Notes under the pieces: generated by a model
The model's database searches: none
What the model saw: the letters and a program-made list of their open reading frames with translations, nothing else
What the model was told of the DNA's origin: nothing
NCBI GenBank assembly: GCA_964199315.1
Contig: OZ116707.1
Coordinates: forward strand, 4,464,001-4,528,000
Direction of reading: 5' to 3'
Origin: Orbicella franksi
Lineage: Eukaryota
Length of the DNA stretch: 64,000 nt
Made by a program: the position numbers and the translations under genes
Shown: piece after piece, positions 48,661 through 61,103 of the stretch
Numbering within the stretch: position 1 is the first letter of the stretch
Layout of the letters: each line of letters opens with the position of its first letter

Positions 48661-50529
48661 TTGTCTGCGATTCTTGTCCACCTGGCAGAAGTTTTCCCTC
48701 TTGGTCCTTGTTCACTCTTAACTACAGTCACCCCGAATGGTTAAAATCAAGTGCCAGTGCAAATGGAGTGGAATTCATCACAGTTGCTCCTTTACTCACT
48801 GCTTTACTATGTAATGATGGTCAACTGAAGTAAAACCAAAACCAAAAACAAAGTCATTGCCTGATTGTTGGGGAGGGGAGACCAAACCCTAAATCCCAAA
48901 GTATGACTTACGTCATACCATGAGGTAAAGATGGCTTTCCAGGCCCAGACTTTCAGGAAACAGGCCCCAGACTCTGGCCCCTTGTACTGCTCTACTTGTA
49001 GCTTCCTCAAGATAATTTTTGGTAAAGAACACAAACCTCTGATTTTCCTTTCTGAATGGCGATTTTTGATACCCCATCAAAGTACAGTCAACGGAAGTCA
49101 ACACTCCAGAACTAAAACCTGTTCCCTATCGGGCCACGTGCCCCCGAGGAGCCCTTAAAGGGGTACCCCCAGGCGTTGGGCTCGCTCACTTGAGATGGCT
49201 GACTGTACAAGCATGTGAAAAGAAGCTTTATTTTTCTGGGAAGATAGATTGCATGGTAAATCCAAAGAACATGTTACATGTTAAATTTTGCCATAAACCT
49301 ATGCATGGATGTAGGTTACCTATGGAAAACGTATCCTACCACCAATACTTGAAGACATGAATCTCACTCAGAACCTGAGCCCGGGAACCCAAGCCGGAAC
49401 CCGAGAAACCAAGCCTTTGGTGGAAACATTTACTTTGACATATTGGAAATGAGGTTAAACATAAATATTTGGCAACTTTGATAAGTAGTGAGCAACCACA
49501 CAGAAAATTTACAAAACAGAAATTAAGATGCACGCTTACCATGGGTTAACTTCAAAAGACTTTGAAAGGATCTTAACCCTAACCCTAAAAAAAGTCTCAC
49601 TGGCGGACATGGAGTATTTTCAAAAACCTGTCCGGCTGCCAGAAATGTAGCCACAGTGGTCTATCTTGTACTATACTTAATCTAAACGGCTACATCACTT
49701 ATTTTTGGACACTTTTTGTCTGAAATTAAAATCGTCTGAAACTTTATGCAAGTAATGTCTACTAATTTGAAATTTGTGATTTATTTGCAATCAAACATAC
49801 AATAATTTTCTTTTTACTTTGTGTTACAGTCTTCTTACAGTGTGTTAAGCTCTCTTTCTAGAACCCTTGAAGCCAATGAACTGAAACATGTTTGTACTAC
49901 TACCTGATTCTTAACATAATGTTTAACAGCTGGCAATTCCCTATGCTTTACATTTTTTCTCAAACGTCTTGCATCCTTTCTCTATTTTTTTTTATTTTTT
50001 ATTTTTTATTTTTTATTTTTTTTTGACACTTGAATTGTGATTCACGCTACTTACAAACAACATAATCTGTTCACAGGCTTCCTCTTTGAGTGATGTTTCA
50101 CACAAAATGGAAAATGAATTGTTCCCTCGAGTTTGTTGTTTGTAAAGCCCTTTAAATATCTTTTTGCCTCTTGTTTAATAAGTGTGATATCTTCCCACAG
50201 GTTGCTGCACAAAATAGACCAAATAGCTCACTCTGTGTAGCTGTCGCACGTTTATTCAGTTGTGTAAACCGATAATTTAAAAACATAGGTTTCTTCTTCC
50301 ATTGTTTTTCCTCAGTTCTTGGTAGAAATCTGTACTCTTCCTGTGAACAGACGAAAGTTATATGAAGCCAAATATTAGCAACTGTTAGTTAGAGATACGC
50401 TTAAGCACAAACAAGATCTTGAGTGGGGACATACCTGCAAAGACCGTAGCGAGGTCAGCCATGTTTGGTATCAAAGTGAAGCTCTCACCTTCTAGAATGT
50501 AAAATTAGTGCCAAATCAACGATCAATCA

Positions 50530-51441
50530 AACTATATCGTCGTTAGGCTTTGTATAAAACGGCCGATCTCGACAACGCACAGAAAATATTATTTGAGCCC
50601 AGTCTCCCAACTTCACGGCTTTGCAATGTTGCACACAGCGAACCCGGTAGTTTTGATGGCACGTGTGCCCAGCGTGGTCATCGTAATGATAAAGACATAA
50701 CAGGTTTTTCCTAAAAGTAGAGCAGTGTTCAAACAGAGTTCCAGTATTCCAGAACTTAAAAGAGGAAAAGGCATGACCTCTGAAGTTGTGGTCATGTGAT
50801 GCATCACGTAAAGTTGCTCGCGCACTACAAACTTTTTCTATCACACTAGCTTTTTTTTCGCTTCATCTATAGGTTATGTTCAAGTCATCAAGGACTTCTT
50901 TCAATAGACAAAAAGTCATTATCTTCCGGCAGCCCCATTTTTTTCCTTTCAGCCTCTTGCTTTTTTAGTGTCTCTTCCTTTCAAAGTTGTTCTTCTGCAG
51001 CTTTTCTAGCTGGGATAACAACACTTTGAGAGCTTCTGTATTTACTTCTAAAGGACAATTCCTTCTTTCCAGAGGACCATTAAATGTTGGTAAGTGTGTA
51101 TAGCACTTGCTCCACATTACTTCAGTAGTTTCCACTAATAGCCACTTTCCATTGCCCTTTTTGTTGTGTGAGAGAACTTTGAAACACACCAAAACTTTGT
51201 CTCTTACATTGTTGTCTTTCTTCCATTCGAATACTGGCACTGCAGACTTCACAGATGTCTTATGCAGCAAGCGTAAGACCTGGCTGCACTTTGCACCAAT
51301 CCCTGGTACCAAGAAAGCTGAAATGTCATTTGAATAAAGTCCATTTGTAGTCTTTTTTGGATTAACAATTGCTTCAATTCTCTCATAAAAATCATTAAAT
51401 GCCATCCACTTGGCCATTCTTGAAGTGGAGGGGTTGTACAC
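50530..51441 (-). pseudogene. Unassigned frameshifted coding relic (~300 codons)
   Basis: A 158-aa open frame continues after frameshifts into MGLPEDNDFLSIEEVLDDLNITYR.SEKKASVIEKV (SAP/HeH-like helix pair) and a Cys/His-rich stretch. Confidence 0.3.
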
Positions 51442-51509
51442 TTTATCTCATTGCAACAATAAGAAATTGGTAATGTGGTAGAATTTCCCCTTGTATTCAA
51501 CATAGTTCG

Positions 51510-51700
51510 GGGAGAGGGCCCGGGTGGGGGTACTCCCTTATATGGGCTATATAGGTATGTGCTGCGGGGTAGGGTATGGTTTTTTGAGGTTCTCGATCCT
51601 TAAATAGGGTATCGTTTTCACCCATGTTGGCGTAGTGTCCCGGTGTGATCCTTAGATAGGGTGCCTAAATTGTATCAGCTAAAATAGCAGTGCATAAACA
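51510..51700. repeat. Dispersed repeat fragment
   Basis: cccgggtgggggtactcccttatatgggctatataggtatgtgc...gggtatggtttt, a terminal motif I recognise as a common cnidarian non-autonomous DNA element; family not assigned. Confidence 0.4.
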
Positions 51701-52648
51701 CCCAGTTAAGCGGAAAACAAATGATCTGTTAAAGTTCATTTATATAAAGATTGTGTTTTTCCGTGGCAGTTAGTCGTTGTTTGGATCGTCACGCAACGTT
51801 TCTCTCCCCTCCCCCATTAGTCTGCGAACACTGACAGTTTTCTGGCTTTTGTTCTACGCCAGTTCTTTCCGGCAGCGTGGAACAAAAGCTGGAAACTGTA
51901 TGTGTTCGCACGCCACTCCATTAAATATGGCTTTGTGGTTAAATAATAAACTCTGTAATAAACAGACCTACACATACTTGATGCGAATTTTTATATTCTT
52001 TTCTTGTTGTCACACCCGGCTGCCACATTTTCAATATCCAATAACACACAAAATAAACTTAAAATGTCATCTAGTCAAACTGCTGTCCAGGGTTGCTGTC
52101 TTGAGTTGTACTATTCAGCGGTGGTCGGGGGAATTATGTCACAGGAGAAACCACAGTCACGAACGATCCAAACTAAAGCTTTGGCCTTTGCCTTTTCCGT
52201 ATTAATCCTGACTGTAAGTGGGATCTTTATGCCTCCTCCTATGCACCATCTTCCTTTTGGGTCACTGCATGGGCTTCCAGTTACAGCGCCGTAAGGTAAG
52301 TGTTTCACATTAATTATATTGTAGTTCTTTATGTCACTGAAGCGAACTATGTATAAACAGGATATTTTCCTGGACATTTCTTGATCGAGGTACTTACCAC
52401 TGAAGTCTTTCGAATGACCACAACGGGTGGACAAGCTCACGCTCCAGATGACCTAGTTGTCCACGATAATTCGAAATCTTAAGAGTGATTTTCTGAGTGT
52501 CGAGAATCAGAAGACGGTCACGAAAAATTGATTTTTCTTTTATTTTGCCAAAACATACCTTTGGGTGAACTTATTTATGGAAAAGTAGTTTAAACTTCCA
52601 ACGATTCATTTTAGGGCCAAAATTTAAGAAAGTTCGAAATTTGCATAT

Positions 52649-55338
52649 GAAGAAGCTAGTCATAAAAGGGGATAAGTGACGATTTTGGTTGCTTTTCTTT
52701 TTTCTTGCTCCAAATTAGCTGAATTTTTGCATGTGGTCTTCAATGTAATAGAAAAACGTGTTCCTGTATTTTTGCTGCTGGTTTTTGCTTCGCTTTATAA
52801 AGACGCCGCTAGGAAAACCGAGTGTTTTTTTGCATACGCAATATCCTGAAAACGAAGCAAGGTTTAGTGCAAAAACTACGGGACATTGCTAAACATACCT
52901 AAACAAAACTCTATGCGAAATTTGGAGCGTTTTCGACAAAGTTCACTTTTGATTAAAATACCTAACGCCCTTTTCCCGCCGAGGCTGCAAATAAATGAAG
53001 CCGGGCCTTTGTTATGATAAACAGAGCCGATCCTTTGTTATAATAACCAAGCCAAGCCTTTGTTATAAGTCGAAGTCTCGCCTCGGTTTATCATAACAAA
53101 GGATCGGCCCGCCGCGACCGCAGGGACTTTGATCTCACTTAGAAAGCAGCAAAATGTATAAGCTCAAAAATGTTGATTTTAGGTCAAAAAAGGTTTAAAT
53201 GTTGATTTCACGTTAACGCGTGACGGCAAGGATGTTGGTTTCACTTAGAAACCAGCAAAATGTCAATTTTACGCAGCGCATAAGCTCAATGATGTTGATT
53301 TCAGGTCTAAGTAGGTTGAAATGTTGATTTCACGTTAACGCGTGACGGCAAGGAGGTTGATTTCTCTTAGAAACCAGCAAAATGTCAATTCCACGCAACG
53401 TATAAGCTCAAAAATGTTGATTTCAGGTCAAAAAAGGTTGAAATGTTGATTTCACGTTAACGCGTGACGGCAAGGAGGTTGATTTCTCTTAGAAACCAGC
53501 AAAATGTCAATTCCACGCAACGTACAAGCTCAAAAATGTTGATTTCAGGTCAAAAAAGGTTTAAATGTTGATTTCACGTTAACGCGTGACGGCAAGGATG
53601 TTGGTTTCACTTAGAAACCAGCAAAATGTCAATTTTACTTAGCGCATAAGCTCAAAGATGTTGATTTCAGGTCTAAATAGGTTAAAATGTTGATTTCACG
53701 TTAACGCGTGACGGCAAGGATGTTGGTTTCACTTAGAGACCAGCAAAATGTCAATTTCACGCAGCGCATAAGCTCAATGATGTTGATTTCAGGTCTAAAT
53801 AGGTTAAAATGTTGATTTCACGTTAACGCGTGACGGCAAGGATGTTGGTTTCACTTAGAGACCAGCAAAATGTCAATTTCACGCAGCGCATAAGCTCAAT
53901 GATGTTGATTTCAGGTCTAAATAGGTTAAAATGTTGATTTCGCGTTAACGCGTGACGGCAAGGATGTTGGTTTCACTTAGAAAACAGCAAAATGGTAGGA
54001 GCCCATGATGGGCTCCTGAAAATGGTAATTTCACGCAACGTATAAGCTCAAAAATGCTGATTTCAGGTCAAAAAAAGGTGTAAATAAAAATAAAATGAAA
54101 CAAATAAACATTTCAATAAACACTTTTTCAAATACGGCAACGTCTTCAATGGCTAAAAAATCACGAGATAAAATATAGTTTTCGACAAACGCGATCGTAG
54201 CTTTATGTCACGCACCGCCATAACTTCCAAGTTCAAAATGCGCTGGTACCTCTTATGCCTGATGAGGACAACAACTTTGGCGGCTGTTTAGTTTTGGATT
54301 TAAGAATTTGATGACTCCACGTGAAAACGCTCTATAAATAGGGCTGACAGATTAACAGATTAACCCTTCTGCGCAACGTACGGGTCTCCATACATCTGCA
54401 TGTCCCCCGATCCCAGAAGCTCAAAACACTACAAATCATGCCGATTTGAAATAAAATCAACGCAAACTGGATCACAGATCTGTTACAATCGATCGCCACT
54501 TGCTGGCCATTATTATGTTTAAATCTAGTTACCAGTTCGAGAAACGTCCGCAGAACGTAATCGCAATGCATGCCGGGAAGGGTCTTTACACCTCGTGCGC
54601 GGGAAGACATGGCGGTCGATACAAGACAAATTTTATAAGTCTAAAACCAGTTCTCGCTTTCCAAACTTTGACGCTAGCAATGCTTGGCAAATGGGCCACA
54701 ACTCGCCAGAGGGTATTTTTCTTGGGCAAGAACTGCTCTTGGACTTTGCTACCTGGCTCGATCTGACTTCGAACGCCGATAACACGATTACGGTATATCA
54801 GCTGCCTTCGAAGTTTCAGAACACATTTTGATTCTTTAAAACGTGCTGATGACTTACGGGTTTATCGAGGCTTTATGATGCCTCTCAACCACCAGGTAGG
54901 CACACAAGGTACTTTAAAACAATGCTTAAGATATTAGTTGACAGAGCTCTAATACGGCACATCTCTTTTTTGTTTGATGGCATTTCGTTTGACGCTCGAT
55001 CGATTCACGTGTTGTGTTCACGTCACAATAACCGGTGTAAACAATCCGTTCCCAGATTTCCGCTCTATATGCTGTGGGATTTGGTTTTGACTTCATACAC
55101 TATAAACAGTCTGCCTGTTTGCTGTTCAACAAATAAACTCCTAAAGACATGGCTAGGAAAAGCCAAGTTTTTTGCCTACGTTTTAACTCGAAAACAAAGC
55201 AAAAACCAGCGACAAAAATACAGAACCACATTTTTCTATTACATTGAAGACCACATGCAAAAATTCAGCTAATTTGGAGCAAGAAAAAAGAAAAGCAACC
55301 AAAATCGTCACTTATCCCCTTTTATGACTAGCTTCTTC
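52649..55338. mobile_element. GAAG element copy 2 (2690 bp), nested in the Sola3 MITE TIR
   Basis: Same TIRs as copy 1; TSD ATAT (52645-52648, 55339-55342); same orientation as copy 1. Confidence 0.92.
53135..54077. repeat. 122-bp higher-order tandem array (7 full units) inside GAAG element copy 2
   Basis: CGTTAACGCGTGAC at about 53211, 53333, 53455, 53577, 53699, 53821 and 53943. Confidence 0.95.
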
Positions 55339-56784
55339 ATATAATGGCGGTTTTTGTGGCTTAAAGTGTTCACAATTTCGCGCTTCTTTACGAAAACAGC
55401 AGGGGCGTAAAAACAATCCTATGAAAACAAAACTCTGCAAAAATATTATGTCACCCATACTTTAAAATCGTGTAATGAGTTTCTTGAAGTTTTGTTCGTA
55501 GATTTTTAACGAAGGGTATTTGTACAGCCGCCATTCATGTCTCTTGGCAAGGAACAAGTAAAGGCCAACTTTGACTAGTATAGATGCCCTCTGGTATATA
55601 TCATTTGGTCAAAATATCTACATTTTAGGACGCCTTGGTTATTGTTTTTTTTCACCCAAAAAGTTATAGCTCTGGGAATTAAAATGTTCTCCATCAGTAA
55701 AATAATTTAAGCAAGTTCAATTTTACTCAAATCACAAGGTTATTCTTTGGAAGTTAACAGTTTAAGAAAGGAAACAACGACTCACCGTTACGTTACTTCT
55801 GCTGCTATAAAAATGATTTTAACTACCCAGTGTCCTTGTGAGCTGTTCTGTAAAATATTTTCAGTAAAACAGCGAACATAAACGACCATAAAATTCAACA
55901 AGGTCGACATTGTTTATATTTGAGATGAGACACTGAGTGGCATACACAGTCCTGGCCGTTTTCATCGTCTTGCTCAGTCGAGAGTGCTATAAAAATATGA
56001 TAAAATATACGCTTCAAACAAAACTTGAAGAAACATATTACACGATCTCAAAGTATAAGAATGAAATAATACTTTTGCCAAGTTTTGTTTTCCATTATAT
56101 GCAAATTTCAAACTTTCTTAAATTTTTGCCGTAAAATAAATTGTTGGAACTTTAAACTACTTTTCCACGAATAACTTCACCCAAAGGTATGTTTTGGCAA
56201 AATAAAAGAAAAATTAATTTTTTTGCGACTGTCTTCTGATTCGCGACACTCTCAGAAAATCACTCTTAAATGCCCTCCCCTTCAAGCGGTACTCCTGCAT
56301 AGCCACAAATCGCTCTCCAATTTCGACTTGAAAAGTGCACTCATGGTAGTCTTTAGCCACACAGTAAATTTCAACTGTGCTGAAAACATTATTTGGACTA
56401 TTTGGGACAGATAAAGACTCCAAAATCATTCATAGACTGTGACACTCAACACAACCAGAATTTTAAACCGCATATTATATTGAAAGTGTCATCTGTTGAA
56501 TAAAGGGAGCCCCGTGAAGTGCCAGAACTGACACTTAAATAAATTAAAGCTACTAATAATCGTATTTCAGTGCCTCGTGCAATTATCATTTGAGGTATGC
56601 CGAACAAATTTGTAGCTAAAGAATAAAAATACATGCCATTGCCTTGTCTCCCTCAGCCTTTGTCTGAATTATTTCAAACAACCTGTAGGTTTGCCTGAAA
56701 GACATTAGCTTCGTTTCGCTCATTTAGGACACAAACTCAGCGACAAAAGATGTAATAAATATGTGGTTTACAGGTCTCTATACT

Positions 56785-57263
56785 ATGGGAAAAGACAAGT
56801 GGGGTATCAAAAGAGCTCACTGCATTGAATGTGAATGTGAAGAGTACGAAAGCAGTGCAATATGATGCGACTACTGTGGACACACCCCGATGAGTCATGT
56901 TCCATTTGAACCTTTATCTAAGAGGCCAAAATATGACGAGGCACAGACCAGAGAAGGCTCAGAGCAAGCAAACAAAGTTTCCATTGCAGAGCTTAAAGAC
57001 GACCATCCGCAGAACCTCAACTTGAGGAGACAAGGCATGGTGAGGAGTTGGCCGAACAGGGGGCAGGGCCCAGCAACGCAGAGCCCACAAAGGAAGTTTC
57101 TCTCATAGAGGTAGATGCCGGTGTCCATGTTGAAGTTGTATGATTTCAGAGGAAGGTAGATAGCATCACGAAAGTTGGAAGATTTGTTATTAGCAAAGAT
57201 AACGGAAAGCTTGTCCCCTTTTGTAATGTGTGCAGTATCAAGATGGTTGCCTGAAAAGAGCAG
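56785..57263 (+). pseudogene. Cys/His-rich zinc-binding protein N-terminus, cut by the Gypsy insertion
   Basis: After an acceptor at ~56773: MGKDKWGIKRAHCIECECEEYESSAI*CDYCGHTPMSH..., later GRFVISKDNGKLVPFCNVC, which stops at the LTR. Confidence 0.45.
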
Positions 57264-57382
57264 TGTTATATCCCGTGCGACTTACACGAAGTCGTGGTTA
57301 GATGATATATATTTAGTGTGACTCACATGAAGTGTGTAATAAAAAACCATGTGCTTTTGGAGTGTTACATTGGCGACGAGGA
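57264..57382 (+). promoter_or_regulatory. 106-bp 5' LTR (57264-57369) and primer-binding site TGGCGACGAGGA (57371-57382)
   Basis: TGTTA...TTACA boundaries, AATAAA inside; the PBS is complementary to the 3' end of a tRNA-Ser(GCT)-type tRNA (...TCCTCGTCGCCA). Confidence 0.75.
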
Positions 57383-60300
57383 GAAAAACAAGAGAGAATT
57401 ATGACAGAACAAACAGCAGCAACAAGTGGAGCAGCACAAGCGATTCAAGTCGTCACAGAGACTAGAAACCTTCGAACACAGCCATTTATCATCCCCGACG
57501 AAGCGAACAGCATCGGCAAAGCATGGGAAGAATGGCTGGAGGGAATTGAGCGAGAATTCCGATACTTCAGAATTACGAGGGCCGTCGATAAGAAGGATGC
57601 TATAATAATTTATGGCGGGAAAGAGATAGCTCGATTAGAAAAGAGCCTACCAGATCCAGAGGTGGAAGATGTGTACCTGAAGTTGCATACTAAGCTGAAT
57701 GATCACTTCACTCCAAAGAATAAGCATCATGCAAGGTATTTATTTTTGAAAATGAGGCCACACATGGGTGAAACCACAAGTGCACACGCGGCAAGGATGC
57801 AAGAGAAAGCGAAGGAATGTGAGTTTGGAGCTACATTCGACGAGAGAATTTTGGAGCACATAATTCAAACCATTGATGACAAGAAGATGATTGAGAAAGC
57901 CATTAGCAAGATGTGGGATCTAACACGATTTCTGACCGAAGCAAGCCAGATGGAGGATATTGCGAGGCAAATGAAAGATATGGGAAGTGAGAATGTTTCC
58001 CGTGAGAATGTTTCTCCTGTGCATTCCGATTTGCAATACCCCAAACAACAAAGCAATGGATCCAATGAAACACAGCGGCCTGGGAAAAAGCACAAATGTC
58101 AATATTGTGGATTGTTTGGAGTCCGTGAGAAAGGGAAAGATTGTCCTGCCTATGGTAAGAAATGCCATAAATGCCACAAATTGAACCATTTCTCCTCTAT
58201 ATGCAAATCTGAGATTACTCGTAGCCACAAGTTCAGAAGACAGAAGCAAAGTAAAAGGAGAAGCAGTGGGAGAATTAAGAAGACAACTGAAGATGCAGAA
58301 TCCACGAGCTCGGATGATGATTTTTTCGGCCAGGCAGTGCAACACTTAAAGCAGGCCAAGAAGATAAGAGTGATTGGCAAAAATGGTGATGATTATCGAA
58401 CTGTTATGGTGAGATTAAATGACGTGGATGTCTTGATGGAAGCTGACAGTGGGGCGGATGTTAATATTATGGATGAACACCAGTTTAAGGCATTCAGCCA
58501 CAGAACACATGACAAGCCAATCCTTGCAAACAGTAATGTCAAGTTGTGTACTCTCCAGCACAAACTTGAGGTCAAAGGAGAATTTCAAACTGATTCGTAA
58601 TGAGACGTGTGGGAAACCGACCAAATTTGTTGTAGTGTCAGGAAAGATCCAATCACCTCCACTGATTAGCAAGGAAACACTAATAACATTAGGAATGTTG
58701 AAGATTCAACCAGATGGCAGCTTCGCTGAGCCCAATGATCTGGCCATATCTGTGGAGAGACAATGCTAACACTTTTAAACAGGCAGAAGGTGAACAGGAT
58801 ATGAAAGATTTAATCACCAAGTATAGCCACTTATTTCAAGGTATTGGCAAGATAGAGGACAAGAATGGTGGCGAGATCCTAAGCCGATTCCATATGAAAC
58901 CCGGAGCAGTGCCGGTAGCACAGAAACCTAGGCAGGTACCATACTATCTTCAAGAACCGCTGAAAAAGTGGTTGGACTTAGGCATTCAAGAAGATATCTT
59001 TGAGAAAGTACCTGACAATGAACCAGTTACCTGGTGCTCCCCTTTGGTGGTGCAACCAAAACCGAGGTTTGCAGGTTCGCGATTGGACCAGCTGGAGCCA
59101 CACATGATCAGAGCGAGTGTTGACCTACGAGTTCCGAACCAGTACATGGAAAGGAGCCGGATCTCACAAGCACCAATAGTGGAAGATTTCATTCACAAGT
59201 TCCATGATTGCACTATCTGGACAAAATTGGATCTCCGACGGGGATACCACCAGCTAGTACTACACCCAGAATCAAGATCAGTCGCTACCTTCAGCACCCC
59301 CTGGGGTAATTTTAGACCTAAAAGGCTTGTATTTGGTGCAAAGGCATCACAAGATCTATTTGATGAGGCAATGTACAGAATTTTTGGCGACATTCCCCAA
59401 TGTCTTAACCAGAGGGATGACATCTTGATTGGAGCGAGCAATTGGAAGGAACACAATGAAACACTGGAGTCAGTATTTCAGAAAGCTGAAGATTATGGAA
59501 TCACCTTCAACGAGCCTAAGTGTGAATTTGGCCAGAAACAAATCACCTTCTATGGTTACCAATTTGGCCAGGGTGATTTAAGACCTACACCAGAGAAGGT
59601 ATGGGCCATCCATGAGTGCAAACCCCCTCAATCGAAGGCAGAGGTAAGAAGTTTCCTTGGTATGACTGGTTATCTATCCAAATTTATACCTCGGTATGCT
59701 TCGCTCATGAAACCACTGAGAGAGCTTACTCACAAGGAGGCTATGTTTCACTGGGGAAGAGAGGAAGATGATGCATTTGAAGAATTGAAAGCCAACATCT
59801 CCAGCAAGGATACAATGGCATTCTTCAACCCCAAGCTACCAATCATGGTGAGAGTCGAAGCTAGTTACAATGAAGGTTTATCAGCTGGCCTTTTTCAGCA
59901 ATCTGCCAGGGGCTGGCAACCAGTGCATTTCATAAGTCATACTCTGACTGATGTGGAAAAGAGGTATAGCCAGACAGAGAAGGATGCTTTATGTGTTAAA
60001 TGGGCCAAGGATCGATTTTCTATCTACCTTCTTGGTGCACCCAGGTTTACGATTATTACTGCACACAAACCACTCCTGCTATTGTTTAATAAGCCAACGG
60101 CAAAGCTTCCCCCCGGATCGAGAAATGGGTGATGGACATGCAGGATGTGGACTTTGAAATGAAATACGAGCCTGGTAAAGATGAGGCTGACCCTCTAGAT
60201 TTCTTGTCAAGGCACCCATTACCAGTTGTTGGAAACAATGACACTGAGAAGATTTTGAAGGCAAGCATTGAAAAGGAGCATGCAGTGGTGCTAGACAGAG

Positions 60301-60920
60301 TTGGAGAAGAAACACGTGATAGAGCTTTGCAAAAACTGAGCCAAACTATCAGGAAAGGTAATTGGGAGACCAACAAGAAGGATGCTGACCTGGCACCATT
60401 CTACCCGATTAAGGACGAAATTTATGAAGCACAAGGTCTGATATTCAGAATGGAAAGAATTGTTTTACCAATGGTGTTACAGCAGAAAGTCATCAGATCA
60501 GCCCACAAGCTGGGACATCTGGGAACCACCAAGATGAAACAGATGCTTAGGGCTAAGTATTGGTTCCCCGGCATGAATGCGATGATTGACCAAATGATAG
60601 GTCATTGTTTTGACTGTCAAGTTACTACCAAAGATCGCAGACAATTGACAATTGATCAAAGAACCCGATACCCAGAAGTAGAGGTGGTGTCCTCAACAGC
60701 AGTGAAGCCGACTAAAGAGAAGTTGAAGAAAATGTTTGCTCATCACAGTGTACCCAAACGAGTGCAGTCTGATAATGGTCCGCCATTTAATTTGAAAGAG
60801 TTTGCAACCTTTGCAAAAGAAGAGGGTTTTGATCATCGTGTGACACCAGAACACCCCCGAGCCAACGGCCAGGTGGAACGGTTTATGCAAGTGTTAAACA
60901 AGACGGAACAAATCGCATGT
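57264..60920 (+). mobile_element. Ty3/Gypsy (Mag-like) LTR retrotransposon, 3'-truncated
   Basis: 5' LTR, PBS, gag with CCHC (CHKCHKLNHFSSIC), protease (MEADSGAD), RT (WCSPLVVQPK; KLDLRRGYHQ; LNQRDDILI), RNase H (RYSQTEKDAL), integrase (HKLGHLG, CFDCQ, SDNGPPF, NGQVERF) with an internal deletion. Several frameshifts; no 3' LTR. Confidence 0.95.
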
Positions 60921-61066
60921 ACTTTGACTACTCATCTTTCAAGTTAAGTTTCTGTTACAGTGGTCAGTTTTTGTATATCGAGTATTAAATTGTTGGTTTG
61001 TCGCATGTTAGTCTAAGTGATGAATTATGCACTTTGACTACTCCTCTTTCATGTTAAGTTTGCTAC

Positions 61067-61072
61067 AGAGGA

Positions 61073-61103
<31 letters not shown>

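Larger units (their letters stand above)
52483..56265. mobile_element. Sola3-type MITE (~1.09 kb without the nested insert)
   Basis: TTAA TSD (52479-52482, 56266-56269), termini GAGTGATTTTCTGAG...CTCAGAAAATCACTC, long imperfect TIR (~260 bp, with a ~75-bp indel). TTAA + GAG + long TIR is the Sola3 signature. Confidence 0.8.
52111..56429 (-). pseudogene. HIRAN-like domain ORF split by the Sola3-type MITE
   Basis: Removing 52483-56265 plus one TTAA restores YCVAKDYHECTFQVEIGERF...GRAFK|ISNYRGQLGHLERELVHPLW; downstream GAVTGSP...GGGIKIPLTV. Confidence 0.55.

Noticed and set aside
49573-49588. TAACCCTAACCCTAA telomere-like motif
   Set aside because: Only about two and a half units; too short to call an interstitial telomere.
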